Shown: positions 53,065 to 64,000 of the stretch, piece by piece
Position numbering within the stretch: position 1 is the stretch's first letter
How the letters are laid out: each line of letters opens with the position of its first letter
Origin: Isurus oxyrinchus
Taxonomy: Eukaryota
Direction: 5' to 3'
DNA: 64,000 bases
Assembly (NCBI GenBank): GCA_026770705.1
Contig: JANJGN010000035.1
Location: 13,516,001-13,580,000 of the forward strand
The notes under the pieces: generated by a model
Told to the model about the DNA's origin: nothing
Database searches by the model: none
The model's input: the letters and a program-made list of their open reading frames with translations, nothing else
Translations under genes and position numbers: made by a program

Positions 53065-54704
53065 GACAGAATAGACAAATGGGTTGAAACTTGGTAGATG
53101 GATCTGAATGCTGGTAAGTATAACGCTTGAAAAGGCAAATATGTCATGGCAATATACATTTACCATTCTTAAAAGCGAGGGTGTGAAGAAAGGTCTTCCT
53201 GTCCACACAGGTCATTCTTATATTTATTTTTGTTTGTTCTTGGCATCTGGGTGTCGTGGGATCGGGGACAAAATTTAAGGCCCTTCCTTGATCAAGGGGC
53301 ATTTACGTGTCAACCAAATGTAGGCCAGGCCAGGAAAGGACAGCTGATTGCCTTCCCTGAAGGACATTCGTGAACCAGGTTGAGCTTTAAGACAATCGGC
53401 AATAGATTCACTGTGATCGGCATCAGAATTTTAAGTCCAGATTTTAACTTAATTCAAATTTCACCATTTCCGAGCAGAATCTGTGTATCCAGAGCATTAC
53501 CCTGGCTCTCTGGAATAGTGGTCAGTGGCAATACCACAATGCACCGTCTCTAAATGGAGTTACACAGTATGAAATCAGCTGAATGTGCTAAAACTTTATA
53601 AATTGCTGCTTCTGCATCAGCTGAAGCTTTTGTGGACAATTCCTCACAATGCCATTCAAATACCTATTGGTATTAAAACAGGGGAAGTGTCCGGGCTTGT
53701 TCATGGGCAATGGACCTCATTTGTAAGGAGAGACTCTATTATAGCGGAGATGCTTGTAATTGGTGGAAAATATTTGGAGGTGATTTATTAAAGATATTCA
53801 AGGTGCTGGGCTGTTTTTGTAGAAGAGATAGAGAACGAAAGCTCCCTCTAGACACTAGTCAGTTAGAAAAGCTGCATGGATTGAACATTAATGGAATAAG
53901 CTTGAGGGGAAATAAATCTCATTTATTTCGAACACGATTGTCTGAATCTGGGACGTTGTAAATGAGAAAAAGAGAGTCTGGAAATTGCTTACAGAAATAA
54001 TTTTCAATGGGAAGTAGACAGGTCGTCGAGAATGAAAACCTGACAGGTTTACAGATAAAAAGGAAGAGCAGGAGATGTGGGACACACAATCACTTTGTTC
54101 CTTATGTGTTCAGCACACAGAGTGTAGGTGGATCTGCTGCCCATGTCGGAACCAAGTTCGCGGGCCAAGTCTAGGCTGAATGTCATAGGTCAAAGCACCA
54201 GTGGGTAATGAGCGATCTTGTAGCCAGTATTATTAAAGGGGTGGGGGATGGCTACGGCTGCCCAGGGCACCCAAATTTCAGCTTGAATGCCGGCTCCCAG
54301 CAGCTGGTGATCCAGGCGAGACAGGTCATATAGCCTCTTACATTTGACATTCTGACATTGCTTTAAAAAAAAATGTTTGCTCTGTTTATTGCAATGCTCC
54401 TATGAATAAAATGAACTTTAGTGTGGAATTCCATCCTCTGGTCTCGGGACTTTGCGAAAACTTGACTTATTAACTGAGTTATGTTTATTTTCTGACTCAG
54501 GGCGAGCTGCTACCAGTATTCTAGAGATACTCTGATAATTCTGAACATGGTGTTCACGTCTCTAAAATGGATTTAAACATATGTGTCTATATTATATTCT
54601 GATGCCCATTCATCCATGTCTTGTATAAACACTGGTTGAGTTATTATTTAATTGCGAAATTCCATTCATACTCTAAATATTATATGAGTGACTTTCCTTG
54701 CTGG

Positions 54705-55430
54705 CTACTAAGAAGAACAGAGGTTCAAAGTTGCCTTGGTGTACATGTGCATAGTTCCCTGAAGACAGCAGTACAAGTGGATCAGGTGGAGAAGAACACA
54801 GATGGCTGATAGCCTTTAGAGTCTGAGGCATAGAATATCAGAGCAGGCAGTGTATGTTGGAGCTGTATCAATCGCTAGTTAATCCCTGCGTGGATTCCTG
54901 TGTGCTGTTCTGGCCGTTACGAGAAAGCAAGGATGTGATTCCACTGAAGAGGGTTCAGATGAGATTCACCAGGATGTTGCCTGGCCAGGAAAGTTTCATC
55001 CAGGAAGGGAGCTTAGACGTGTTTTGCTTGTCTTAATTAGAGCACAGAAGGCTGAGGGGAAACCTAAAAGAGGTATACAAAATTATGAGGGGCATTGATA
55101 TGGTAGATAAGATAAAACATTCCCCATTAGCAGAGATTTTAATAATCCAGGGGCATAGATTTATGTTAAGGGTCAGGGGGTTTAGAGTAGATTTGAGGAT
55201 TTATTTTAAACATTGAAGGTGGGGATTATCAGAAACTCACTTTCTGAGAGGATGGTAGACACAAGAACTCTCACAGAATTTAATATGTATTTAGATGAGC
55301 ACTAGAAATGGGTTTGCACACGGGGCTACGGGCCTGGAGATAGCAGAGGGGATTAGATTAGACAGGTGCTGGAAGGACAGCACTGCCGTCAAGGGCCGAA
55401 GTGCCAGGTTCTGTGCTGCATAATTCTAAG
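54705..55430 (+). mobile_element. CR1 3' fragment (duplicate of 34110-34840)
   Basis: MLELYQSLVNP…KDVIPLKRVQMRFTRMLPG. Confidence 0.88.
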
Positions 55431-58189
55431 AACAGATAACAGTTTTTGTGCACCATTTTGATATCAATTCCGATTTCATTCACAGTCACCCAATGAGTCC
55501 GCTCTTCAGGACATCAGTTCTCAAAATCCCGTAACACAGGGCCTGGTCAGTCACAATGTGACGCCGGCAGCACCGCTCTAGTCCGCTCTTCTTTGGCACA
55601 GCAGGAGGTCCAGCGTCAGGATATTTGCTGCCATCGAGATTGAGTCAAGTTCATGGCTGAGGTTGCTTTTATTGTCCAAGAATGCAAGTTGCTGACTGAA
55701 ACTAAAGCAACGTGACCAACAGAATAAAGAGACTAAGTGGAGCTCATCAACTGAACATAAAAGGATAAGAGGAGGCCATCATTCCCTTCATTACAGTGCT
55801 AGCTCTTTGAAATATCTCTGCAATTGAACACTGTTCCCAAGATATTTTCCCTTAGCCCCTCAAATATTTAATCAATGCAAATCTGAAGGGAAATATTGAA
55901 ACATCTTGTGCCAGCTTTTCAAACCGTTTAAAAATGTTTTCCCGTTTTCCATTTCACTTTTAACCAAAGTGCAAATTCTTCACCTCTCCACTTTCATTCT
56001 CCCCTCCTCCACCTTGCCATCTCTCTAATCAATGATATATTCCTCAAAATTCCATTCTGCGCTCCTTCATTTTCTCCCATCTATCACTAATAGGCCTCTC
56101 CTTCCATCCTCTGGCCAATGCCGGTGTCTAGCACGGCACTCACTTGTCTTCACCTCTGCTCATTGTTACCCACCCTCTTGCACACATTCTTATACCCATC
56201 CTCCACGAGGTCATTCTCGAGTTCGAGTTATCATGTGTTGCACTTTTAAAACGAGTTTTGTCAGAAAACTACATCAAAATTCTGGAGGAGGACACTTGGC
56301 AGACACTGCTTCGTACCAATCACGTTTCGAATATATAGAAGCAGGTGAAACCCATTGCTTAACCCTCCCCCTCGCAGGTTCTCTCTTCTTCAACTGTGTA
56401 CCCCCATTTCTCCATCAATTCCACACAATGGCCGTATATCAATCTAGGCTCTTCACAGTAAATGATCTCCATTGTCGTGAGGCCATGTGGGATGTGATCT
56501 GTTAATGAAGATCATATTCCTACTCACCTCACTTCTATCCTCTGATTTGACCCCATCTCCCTGGAATACAGCAGTGTGGCTTCCATTCTCTTTCAGTGAT
56601 CAAAACCACCGTGTCTATCAACGAACATGTCAATTCTTTGCACGTTTATAAATAAACCCGTACCTGTGCCAATTCTCTCATGAATTGTGTCATTCCATCT
56701 TGTCCCTCAATGCACCTCTCTGATTCACGCCATGGGAGACATTTAGATTTTAAGGATTAAAAGCACCAGGTAACACAATTGAGATACCGAAAGGCAATCT
56801 CCACTAATCCACTATCCCCATATCTCAGTAAGAGCTTCGGTCTGAAACGGCAATGTTCAGAACACCAGGCAGTCTGGTGGAGTCTCTTCCATTCAGTAAT
56901 CGAAACGAGGTATGGACAAACAGAAAAAAAAACTATATGAACATCTGAGTTACCTTTCAGCCAATGCGCCAAAATGCCACTGGTTAGCTTCATTCTGTTC
57001 CTGACTTGCAGGCCCAAGGAACCACATTGGACTGCGTGATTGAGCCTCCACACGGAAGGAATGAATGATTTTTATTATTAAGCATGCAGCTCATGAACGC
57101 GCGGGGAAGGGGAAAATGTCCAGCCTTTTACTGGATACGTTGTCCTATGCTGTCTATTTATTACACGGGTTACAGTTCTCAGAATTTACAACATTTCTCG
57201 GAATTCACTTTCATCCTTTCAGTGAGACGAGAACACACTTTCTTACAATCAAATAGCAACAAAAAATGACGTTGTTTTCCCACTCAGTAACCATAATGTA
57301 TTTGCATGATTCACATCATCTCCAACATTCAAGGCCCAAAGCCAGAAAGTGAGAGAGACAGTAATTGTCACGTATCATGCTCCTGTAATGGAGGCACTCA
57401 TGTTTTTGGTCAAAGACGAGATAAAGGGAGGCAGTTGGGCTGTTTGGGAGGGGAATGATCTGTAGAGGGCGGAATGCAACTGTAGAAAATGAGGAGGGCA
57501 ATTGGTTTTGTTGTCAGACCCTGGAGGACACAGAGGCAGTAGGAGAAAAACTGTGGGATCCCCGGGTAGCTTCGTTACTACAGTACCTGACATTGAATCT
57601 GAAAGTGTTGGGTTTGGGTGCTGCTTTTCCACTGCCCATGAGGCGATGGAACACATTCCCTGCTGCGTTCTCGTGTTCCTTGAACAATGGCTGCGATTGC
57701 GCCGTGCCACACTATAATAATCCACCCATCAGAAACCATTTAAACACCAGAGATGCCTCGATCACAGCATCATTCCGTGCTTCAACATGCAACAGGATGG
57801 AAGCCATAGTATTCACATTTTACTCTATTTACAAGTGCAGAACGTCCCTTGGTTAATCTGATCCTGCTGACTATCGAAGGCCAATATCATTCTGACGGCC
57901 ACTCTGACTGATGTAGGTCAGAATAAAAGATGCAGCTGGAGAAGGTGGTGGCCATTACTGTCCTGCCAAAGTTCATTTTTCCACTTTTAATTTCCAACTT
58001 GACTCGCACATTCCTTACTTAGCTGCATATCCGCTGTTTCTCACAAAATCCCGAGAAATTATCGGCCGCGATTCCGAATATACTGAGCCGTGACTCACTG
58101 TTCTCCCATGTTAAGAATGCAAATGATCCACAGGCACCCATGCGCTCGGACATCAGATTGAATCAAAGTTCTCATTCACATTGTCATCG

Positions 58190-58580
58190 AGCATGCCTCC
58201 TCCCATCTTCCCCCTCTCCCCTCCCCTTCAATTCCCCTCCATCAATATACACTCCACATCAACCGCCACCACCATACCCTCCAACTTCCCCTCCCCTACC
58301 CCTCACCCTTCTACATTCTGATTCGCTGAACCCACCCTCCGCTTCCCTGCACTCTCCCCCAAAACACACGCACCTGCTCCACGACCACCTCTACACCTCC
58401 CAATCCATCTCACCCCATTCCACCTTTTCCTCTCCATCTCCATCTTCCCTGCATCACCTCTCGCTCCCATCCTTTCACGATATCACCTGGCCCCCACACT
58501 CTCGCCCTCTTTCCAAACACAACACCTGCTGCACCCTTCTTGTTCCACTTCCCCCACCGCCCACCCCCACCTCCGGCCCA
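58190..58580. repeat. C-rich low-complexity tract
   Basis: Pyrimidine/C-rich strand, gives a spurious Pro/Ser/His ORF. Confidence 0.8.
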
Positions 58581-59369
58581 CGTTCAGTGCAACAAAATTG
58601 ATGGATACAATGGATCTGTTTGTTAGAGAGACTTTTCTTTACACAGGCGATGCCAAGAGACTGCCTCTCACTAATTTCAGGTTGTTTGGTTTCAATATCC
58701 CCGCAAACAGGAGAGCATCAGCAGTTGAAATGTAAACATCCATCTGAGATAAATCTATAAGGCTGTAGGTTCAGTGCAGGGAAATAACTAAAACTGGTCC
58801 ACTGTAAATTTCTGCACGCAATATACCTGTTGGCCTGCAATGTTTCAATAAGGCAGCTCACCACCGACCTTCTCCAGAGCGACTTGGAATGGGCAATAAA
58901 TGCTTGCTCAGCCAGTGAAGCCCACATCCCGTGGATGAATAATAGAAACGTAATAGTATTCCTGAGGTACAGATGTGAGGATACTGAATGACCAGTTGGT
59001 GGCGCGAACTGAAAACAAACCTCCCATAAGGATGGACAAATGATCAACATGAGTAAATAACCTTCGGAAAATGCAGCAGGAGGGTAGTGTGGAGAAACAA
59101 TGAAAGGTGAAGGTCTTGTCTTTGAAAATCAATTAAGTGCTCTACACATGTCCTGCTGCAACTTAGAAAGTGGCACACAAATAACATTTTAAATTTCAAG
59201 GTCAGTGATATCACACTTTCCCACCACCAAGAACAATTGACGTATTTGTCCTCACCCGAAATTCACCCCTCCCCGATTTCAAATTTCCTGATGTTAATTC
59301 TGCAAACGTATGTTGCTTCATATCTAACATCAACCTTCAAAACATGGAGGGACCAACCCAAAATTCTGG

Positions 59370-59645
59370 TGAGGCATCGGGATCGTGGTATTCTCACTAG
59401 ACTGGTAATATAACAATGCAGAACATTTTTTGGGGGTAGCTTTGTTGAATCCGACCACAGCAGATGGCTAACTTTGTACTCAATAAATATCTAGAATTAA
59501 AAACCTAATGATGACAATGAATCCAGTGCCACAAAGACGCAGCCTGTGCTCTGATGCCTTTTAGGGATAAAAATCTGCTGTCCTCATCTGGTCTGGATGC
59601 GAGGGTCTCCATGCTCACAATGGAAATATCGTTGACTCTTAGAAA
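59370..59645 (+). mobile_element. tRNA-derived SINE copy including its 5' head
   Basis: gtggtattctcactagactggtaat…gaatccgaccacagcagatgg…ctaatgatgacaatgaa…tttagggataaaaatctgctgtcct…gttgactctt. Confidence 0.7.
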
Positions 59646-59941
59646 TGTCTCCTGAATAAGTATATGCTCTAACTGCTGACCTAGCTATTGCTAGCTATCA
59701 TCACACGGACAAATTCTAAAATCAATTGCCACATCACACGTGACCACAGTGACAGATCGAGTAATTGGAGCAGCGAGAAAATTCATGAACGAGAAGCCAA
59801 AGGGAGGGAATGGAGCTTCGGATTTGGCAGAAGTTCTGCAGATTGCGGAATTGTTTGAATTGAATGAAAAATAAAAGACACGGAAATTGTAATGCCTTTT
59901 GTTAGACCTTGAAGAAAGTTGTGTGAAGACCAGCACCTAAA

Positions 59942-60014
59942 GCCTGGATAGGTCAGTTTGTAGAGCATCAGACTTTTGATCTGAGTGCCTTGGGTTCTAA
60001 CATCTTTTCGGGAG
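59942..60014 (+). pseudogene. tRNA-Lys(UUU) pseudogene, full length (73 nt)
   Basis: GCCTGGATAGGTCAGTTTGTAGAGCATCAGACTTTTGATCTGAGTGCCTTGGGTTCTAACATCTTTTCGGGAG aligns ungapped to vertebrate tRNA-Lys(TTT), 57/73 identities by hand count; anticodon stem TCAGA/TCTGA and TTT intact; T-arm/B-box broken. Confidence 0.88.
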
Positions 60015-60145
60015 TCAATGCTTAACCTGCCAGCCTCACGTCTGTCTGAAATATCCCAGAGATGAAAGGAGTTCATTAGGAATGTGACTGCCCAGTGTGT
60101 GCCCTGCCGGAGTCCTGTTAAAGCAATTAGTTTTTTCCCTCTTTC

Positions 60146-60235
60146 GAATGATCACAGGGACTCGAACCGTTAACTCTGCTTCACACTCCGCAGATAACTG
60201 CTAGACGTGCTGAATTTTACTAGCATTTTCTGTTG
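60146..60235 (+). mobile_element. Penelope-like terminal-repeat fragment
   Basis: ggactcgaaccgttaactctgct…tgctagacgtgctgaattt…agcattttctgtt. Confidence 0.6.
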
Positions 60236-61936
60236 ATTGGAATGAGTTTTATTGTTGCCTCAACGGCCGTGTAATTGAGAGTCAGATTTGTTAGTGGATT
60301 ATCATAGTTATTATAGTAGTAATTTGAGCTTTCAATCATTCTAGAGCTAAAATATGTTTAATTTTAGTTTTATAGAAGAAAGACTCTTGAGTCTCGGTGG
60401 TCTTACTAATACTGAAATGAAAGTCTGTGTCTGGAAATTGCAATAATGCATTGTCACAGTTTTTTCAAGATTCCCTCTGGGATTTGAACAACTCAGCATT
60501 TAACATCGACTGTGTCACAATACTTGGCGAAGGTTTCGACAACCCGTTAAATGCTGAAAGGCAAATATTTCCCACCGAGTTTTCTTCATGACCCGAAGTG
60601 AATCAGAAATGGCGTCAGAGTCTCATTCTTTATACCATGTGTTAGTATCAGCAGCTTCAATGGTTTTCTCTATCAGAATATTGTTCGGCATTTCGCTCTC
60701 GCATCATTTTATTGCTTTTAGACTTGGCTCTTGATTGGCCGTCGTATGCCAATTCTTCAGGCTCGGGAAAAGGGAGCGTTGTCACTATGTAACCATGTTT
60801 CACACTAAAGAGACTGCGATACGTCCGATAATAATCCGTCTGAGGTCAACAGGAAGAAGCATTATGCAAATGTTGCTCCCAATTAACCGAATAAAAAGCA
60901 GAAAGCTGCTGCTGAATCTACAGTTCTTCAACCTAAAATTAATACAATACAGGTGTTGCTCTGAGGAGTGTCCGCAAGAATTTCATAAACAGGGGCAAGA
61001 GTAGCACCCACTGTTATGACTGCTTCAGCGTTCAATATGGTCAGGGCTTATCTGGTATATAATTGTCACCTTCCTGAATATTCTTCGTGACCCTTTCCCG
61101 GGCAGGACACACATCAATATTGAAAACTGCCCTGAATAGAATGAGCGCAGTTCCACCATGTCTAAATTTCAAAATATGTAAATGAAGAGATTTTGAGAGG
61201 TTAGTTGATGGATGGACAGTCGTTCGGGACTGTCAGATTCCCAGAACAAGGCGTCAGTCATTATCACCGAATCAAGGAAAATGTTTTTCTTCAAATTCTT
61301 GTGAACGTTCTGAATTCTAAACTGGGGAGAACTGCGCTTGATCGCTGATTATAATCGGGACTGCGATCGATATTTTCCGTTCTCCTGGCAGAACAAAGAG
61401 GCCTGAGGACAGTTCAGGAAGTTGACATTGAGATAGGAGATGAGCCAGGACCATGTTGAAAGTTGGAGTACTCCTGAACAGCAGCAGATCCTGCTTCTGT
61501 TCCTGATACGGATGAGAGGAACAAGCATCTTACATTTGCCTCAGAGCGGAAGGTTTGCAAATTCTTTTTTTAAAATCTGTTAATCGGGAATACAATATGC
61601 AAGCTGCGGGTTCCGATTGCCTTCAAATTTGTTAAAATTAAGGCAGCCTGATGGAGATATATTTGGTGTTACAGTTGTGAAATCAGGAGAAATCTCTTCA
61701 GCCTGTCTTGTAGAACAGAAAGGTCTGATACATTCAACGCTCCATTCAGCGCGCAGTGTTTAGAAAAAGATCGTGCTGTAAATTTGCAAGAATTTGGTGG
61801 AAATTAATCAATGGCAGACATACTTTAACACCATTCGGCCGACTTTTTAAAGATTACCGCATTAATGCATTTTTCGGCTAGAGGGAAATCGAGCATCAGT
61901 TGTTTAAAGTTCCTTATTTAAAATGAGGTGGACTAT

Positions 61937-62002
61937 CGCCGGAACAAAGACTTGAGCACTCGAACCTCGGAATTAAAGCTCTACCCAATGAGCTATTCGG
62001 GC
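61937..62002 (-). pseudogene. tRNA-Lys(UUU) pseudogene with a deletion in the anticodon arm
   Basis: Minus strand GCCCGAATAGCTCATTGGGTAGAGC[~7-nt deletion]TTTAATTCCGAGGTTCGAGTGCTCAAGTCTTTGTTCCGGCG; D-stem GCTC/GAGC intact. Confidence 0.8.
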
Positions 62003-62609
62003 TTCATGCAAAGGCTGCTGAATCCTCTGAATTCAGGTCGCAGGTGAAATGCGGTACTCCTTGATTATATTCAAGTCAATGACGGCATTTCCCTGTGTTC
62101 TGTGAGATCAGAGGGATTTGAAGACTGATCAAGAAGGTACAATTGGGAGAGACAATAATTGACTAAGATATTGAATGGAGGAGAATTCGTGAAGGCCGGG
62201 AGAAGCTACTCGTGCTCCCGTTTCTGATACTCCAAGGGACACTCATCAGAGCGTCAAGCTGGATTATGTTGAGCTGGCGTGGTAGGAGTTCATTTTCAGT
62301 AGCATCTTTCCACTTAGTAATCGGTTAATTCGTCGCACGGATTGCGAACCGCGTCCTTCTGTTGTCTCCAGTATGCTTAAATTAAGAGTAGGCTGTTGGA
62401 GATACTCATAGTGTTAAAACGGTTATACTTAGAAAAAAAACAGCTTTTTAAAATTAGTTTTCGCCCATATGAGAACAGAGAAGAGGAGAGTTTATCTCGC
62501 ACTGAGGGTTGTGCAACATTGGATCTCTACCTCAACAGGTGGCGGAGGCGGGGTGGTGTGGGCGTCACTGAATATATTCATGTCGGAGGGAGATGGCTCT
62601 TTGTATGAA

Positions 62610-62745
62610 ATCAAAACGCTGCGGATGCTGGAAATCTGAAACAAAAACAGAAAATGCTTGTAAAACTCAGCTGGGCAAAAGGCATCTGTGGAAGGATAAA
62701 AAAAGTGTTAAAGTTTCGAGTCCGTATAACTCTTCGTCAGAGTTT
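62610..62745 (-). mobile_element. Penelope-like terminal-repeat fragment with near-complete hammerhead core
   Basis: Minus strand CTGACGA-A-GAGTT-ATACG-GACTC-GAAA-CTTT; paralogous to 1959-2086. Confidence 0.7.
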
Positions 62746-63125
62746 AGATTCTTGTTCGGAAGGGAATCAATGTTACGGGGAGCTGTGACTCTAAATGTGA
62801 TTGTGGAACTCAAAACACAAACAGATCAGAGCCATCGACGTCTTGAAGGGGGGAGAAAGCTCGAAGGGGCCGGTAGAATAGGAAGATCTAGGTCAATCAA
62901 GCGGCAAGTCAGGATATACTTTATCTGGCAGAAAGGCTCGCTGGAAATAATCAACACGATTCTCAAAAAAAAGGTCAAACTTTTGAAGATTTGACGGATA
63001 TGAACGCTTCTTAATACATTCTGAAGCTAATGGCAATCTGTTGCATTCAGACAGCGGCAGTTTCGGAGTCTACCGCTTACACTAACGCGGTTCACACAAG
63101 TTGAATGCATGGAGTGAACGAATAA

Positions 63126-63197
63126 GCCAAAAATTAATTTGAATCCAGAACACTCAAATATAGGTTTGAATCCTCTTGCAACCCAGCAATCTTTTAG
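63126..63197 (-). pseudogene. Very decayed tRNA (Lys-UUU-like) relic
   Basis: Minus strand GATTGCTGGGTTGCAAGAGGATTCAAACCTATATTTGAGTGTTCTGGATTCAAATTAATTTTTGGC roughly colinear with tRNA-Lys(TTT); paralog of 2510-2582. Confidence 0.45.
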
Positions 63198-64000
63198 TTC
63201 GGCCAAAGAGCTTCAATGTCTGTCAAAAGATATCACATCTTCCCCATATATTGTCTTTCATTTCCAGAAATCGGCCCGCCACAGACCATTTGCAGCACAC
63301 GCAGACCCACTCGCTCCTCCACAAAGATATTCTGCCTGTCCCCAATCCTCGCTGTTCCACACTGCCGCGTAAAGTGACAACTGTTATTTCCCTAGTTTCC
63401 GTTATGGGCGTCCCAATCTTTTGAAGATCACGTTCATTAAAATACCGCGAATTTGCAGCAAGCACAGCCGGAACGTTAGAAATTGACGGATGATGTATTT
63501 ACAGTTGCTGAATAATGTAATGTGTTGTTAGGCCTGGGAACGTGCGATGTGATTCACTTTTAAATCGTCTCATTGTCACTTGAGCGAATCACATCATTTC
63601 TGAGCAGTCATTAGATTTTAGCAGAGTGATATCTTCCTTCAAATATTGCAAGTTTTACCATCTTCCCCCGCGTTTCCTGAAATCCTATCGATTACTCCAT
63701 CCTTGCTTGCGGATTTCGCTCTAAGGTCACAGCGACATGGTAGCTCAATATCGCCTATTGCACCTGACTATCAGGAAATGAACTAGCGGCATGAAGGCCA
63801 AGCTGCAGAAAGGCAAGTTAGATCCTCATTTGTTAGGACTTCATTCGTAAAGCTTCGTAAACAGCGAAAGGATAACCGTCAGGTGACAGACCCTTACTCA
63901 AGAGGTTCAAAACTGACCACCCTGGGATGAATGTAAAGTTAAAAGAAGAGCCACAAAGTTTGTGATTTTTGGAGTACGAATGAAAACGAATAGGTTCTGC

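Larger units (their letters stand above)
37137..57713 (+). repeat. Tandem segmental duplication, unit 2 (~20.58 kb)
   Basis: Begins ctggacttccacaaattc directly after the end of unit 1; ends gccgtgccacact at 57713, then runs into unique sequence. Confidence 0.97.
60630..64000. repeat. Old segmental duplication, copy B (paralogous to 1-~3380)
   Basis: Same ordered anchors as copy A; similarity runs to the window edge. Confidence 0.9.

Noticed and set aside
16284-57713. ~20-kb repeated units as shark immunoglobulin clusters (octamer ATTTGCAT at 25501, ~36726, 45941, ~57300)
   Set aside because: No V or C domain exon is recognisable, and the CACAGTG heptamers inspected (~14034, ~21700, ~23683, ~59745) lack a correctly spaced nonamer

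Overview
Eukaryotic, AT-rich, gene-poor genomic DNA, most likely from a cartilaginous fish (inferred from the mix of CR1, L2-group, Tx1, Penelope-like and tRNA-derived SINE fragments). No intact host protein-coding gene can be supported; the recognisable ORFs are decayed LINE reverse-transcriptase/endonuclease pieces. The window is built from nested duplications. A head-to-tail tandem duplication of about 20.7 kb (16284-37136 and 37137-57713, roughly 90% identical by eye) has a junction that can be read to the base. It sits inside an older, more diverged duplication (1-~3380 matches ~60630-64000). The older unit and its flank carry five decayed tRNA-Lys(UUU) genes plus one possible fragment. 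Other notable structures: fold-back palindromes made of Penelope-like termini with hammerhead-ribozyme core motifs (two families, one a copy-specific insertion with a 13-bp target-site duplication), a ~37-bp minisatellite that appears to derive from L2 coding sequence, and a 43-bp array resembling a tRNA/SINE head. TE boundaries are approximate and were set by eye.
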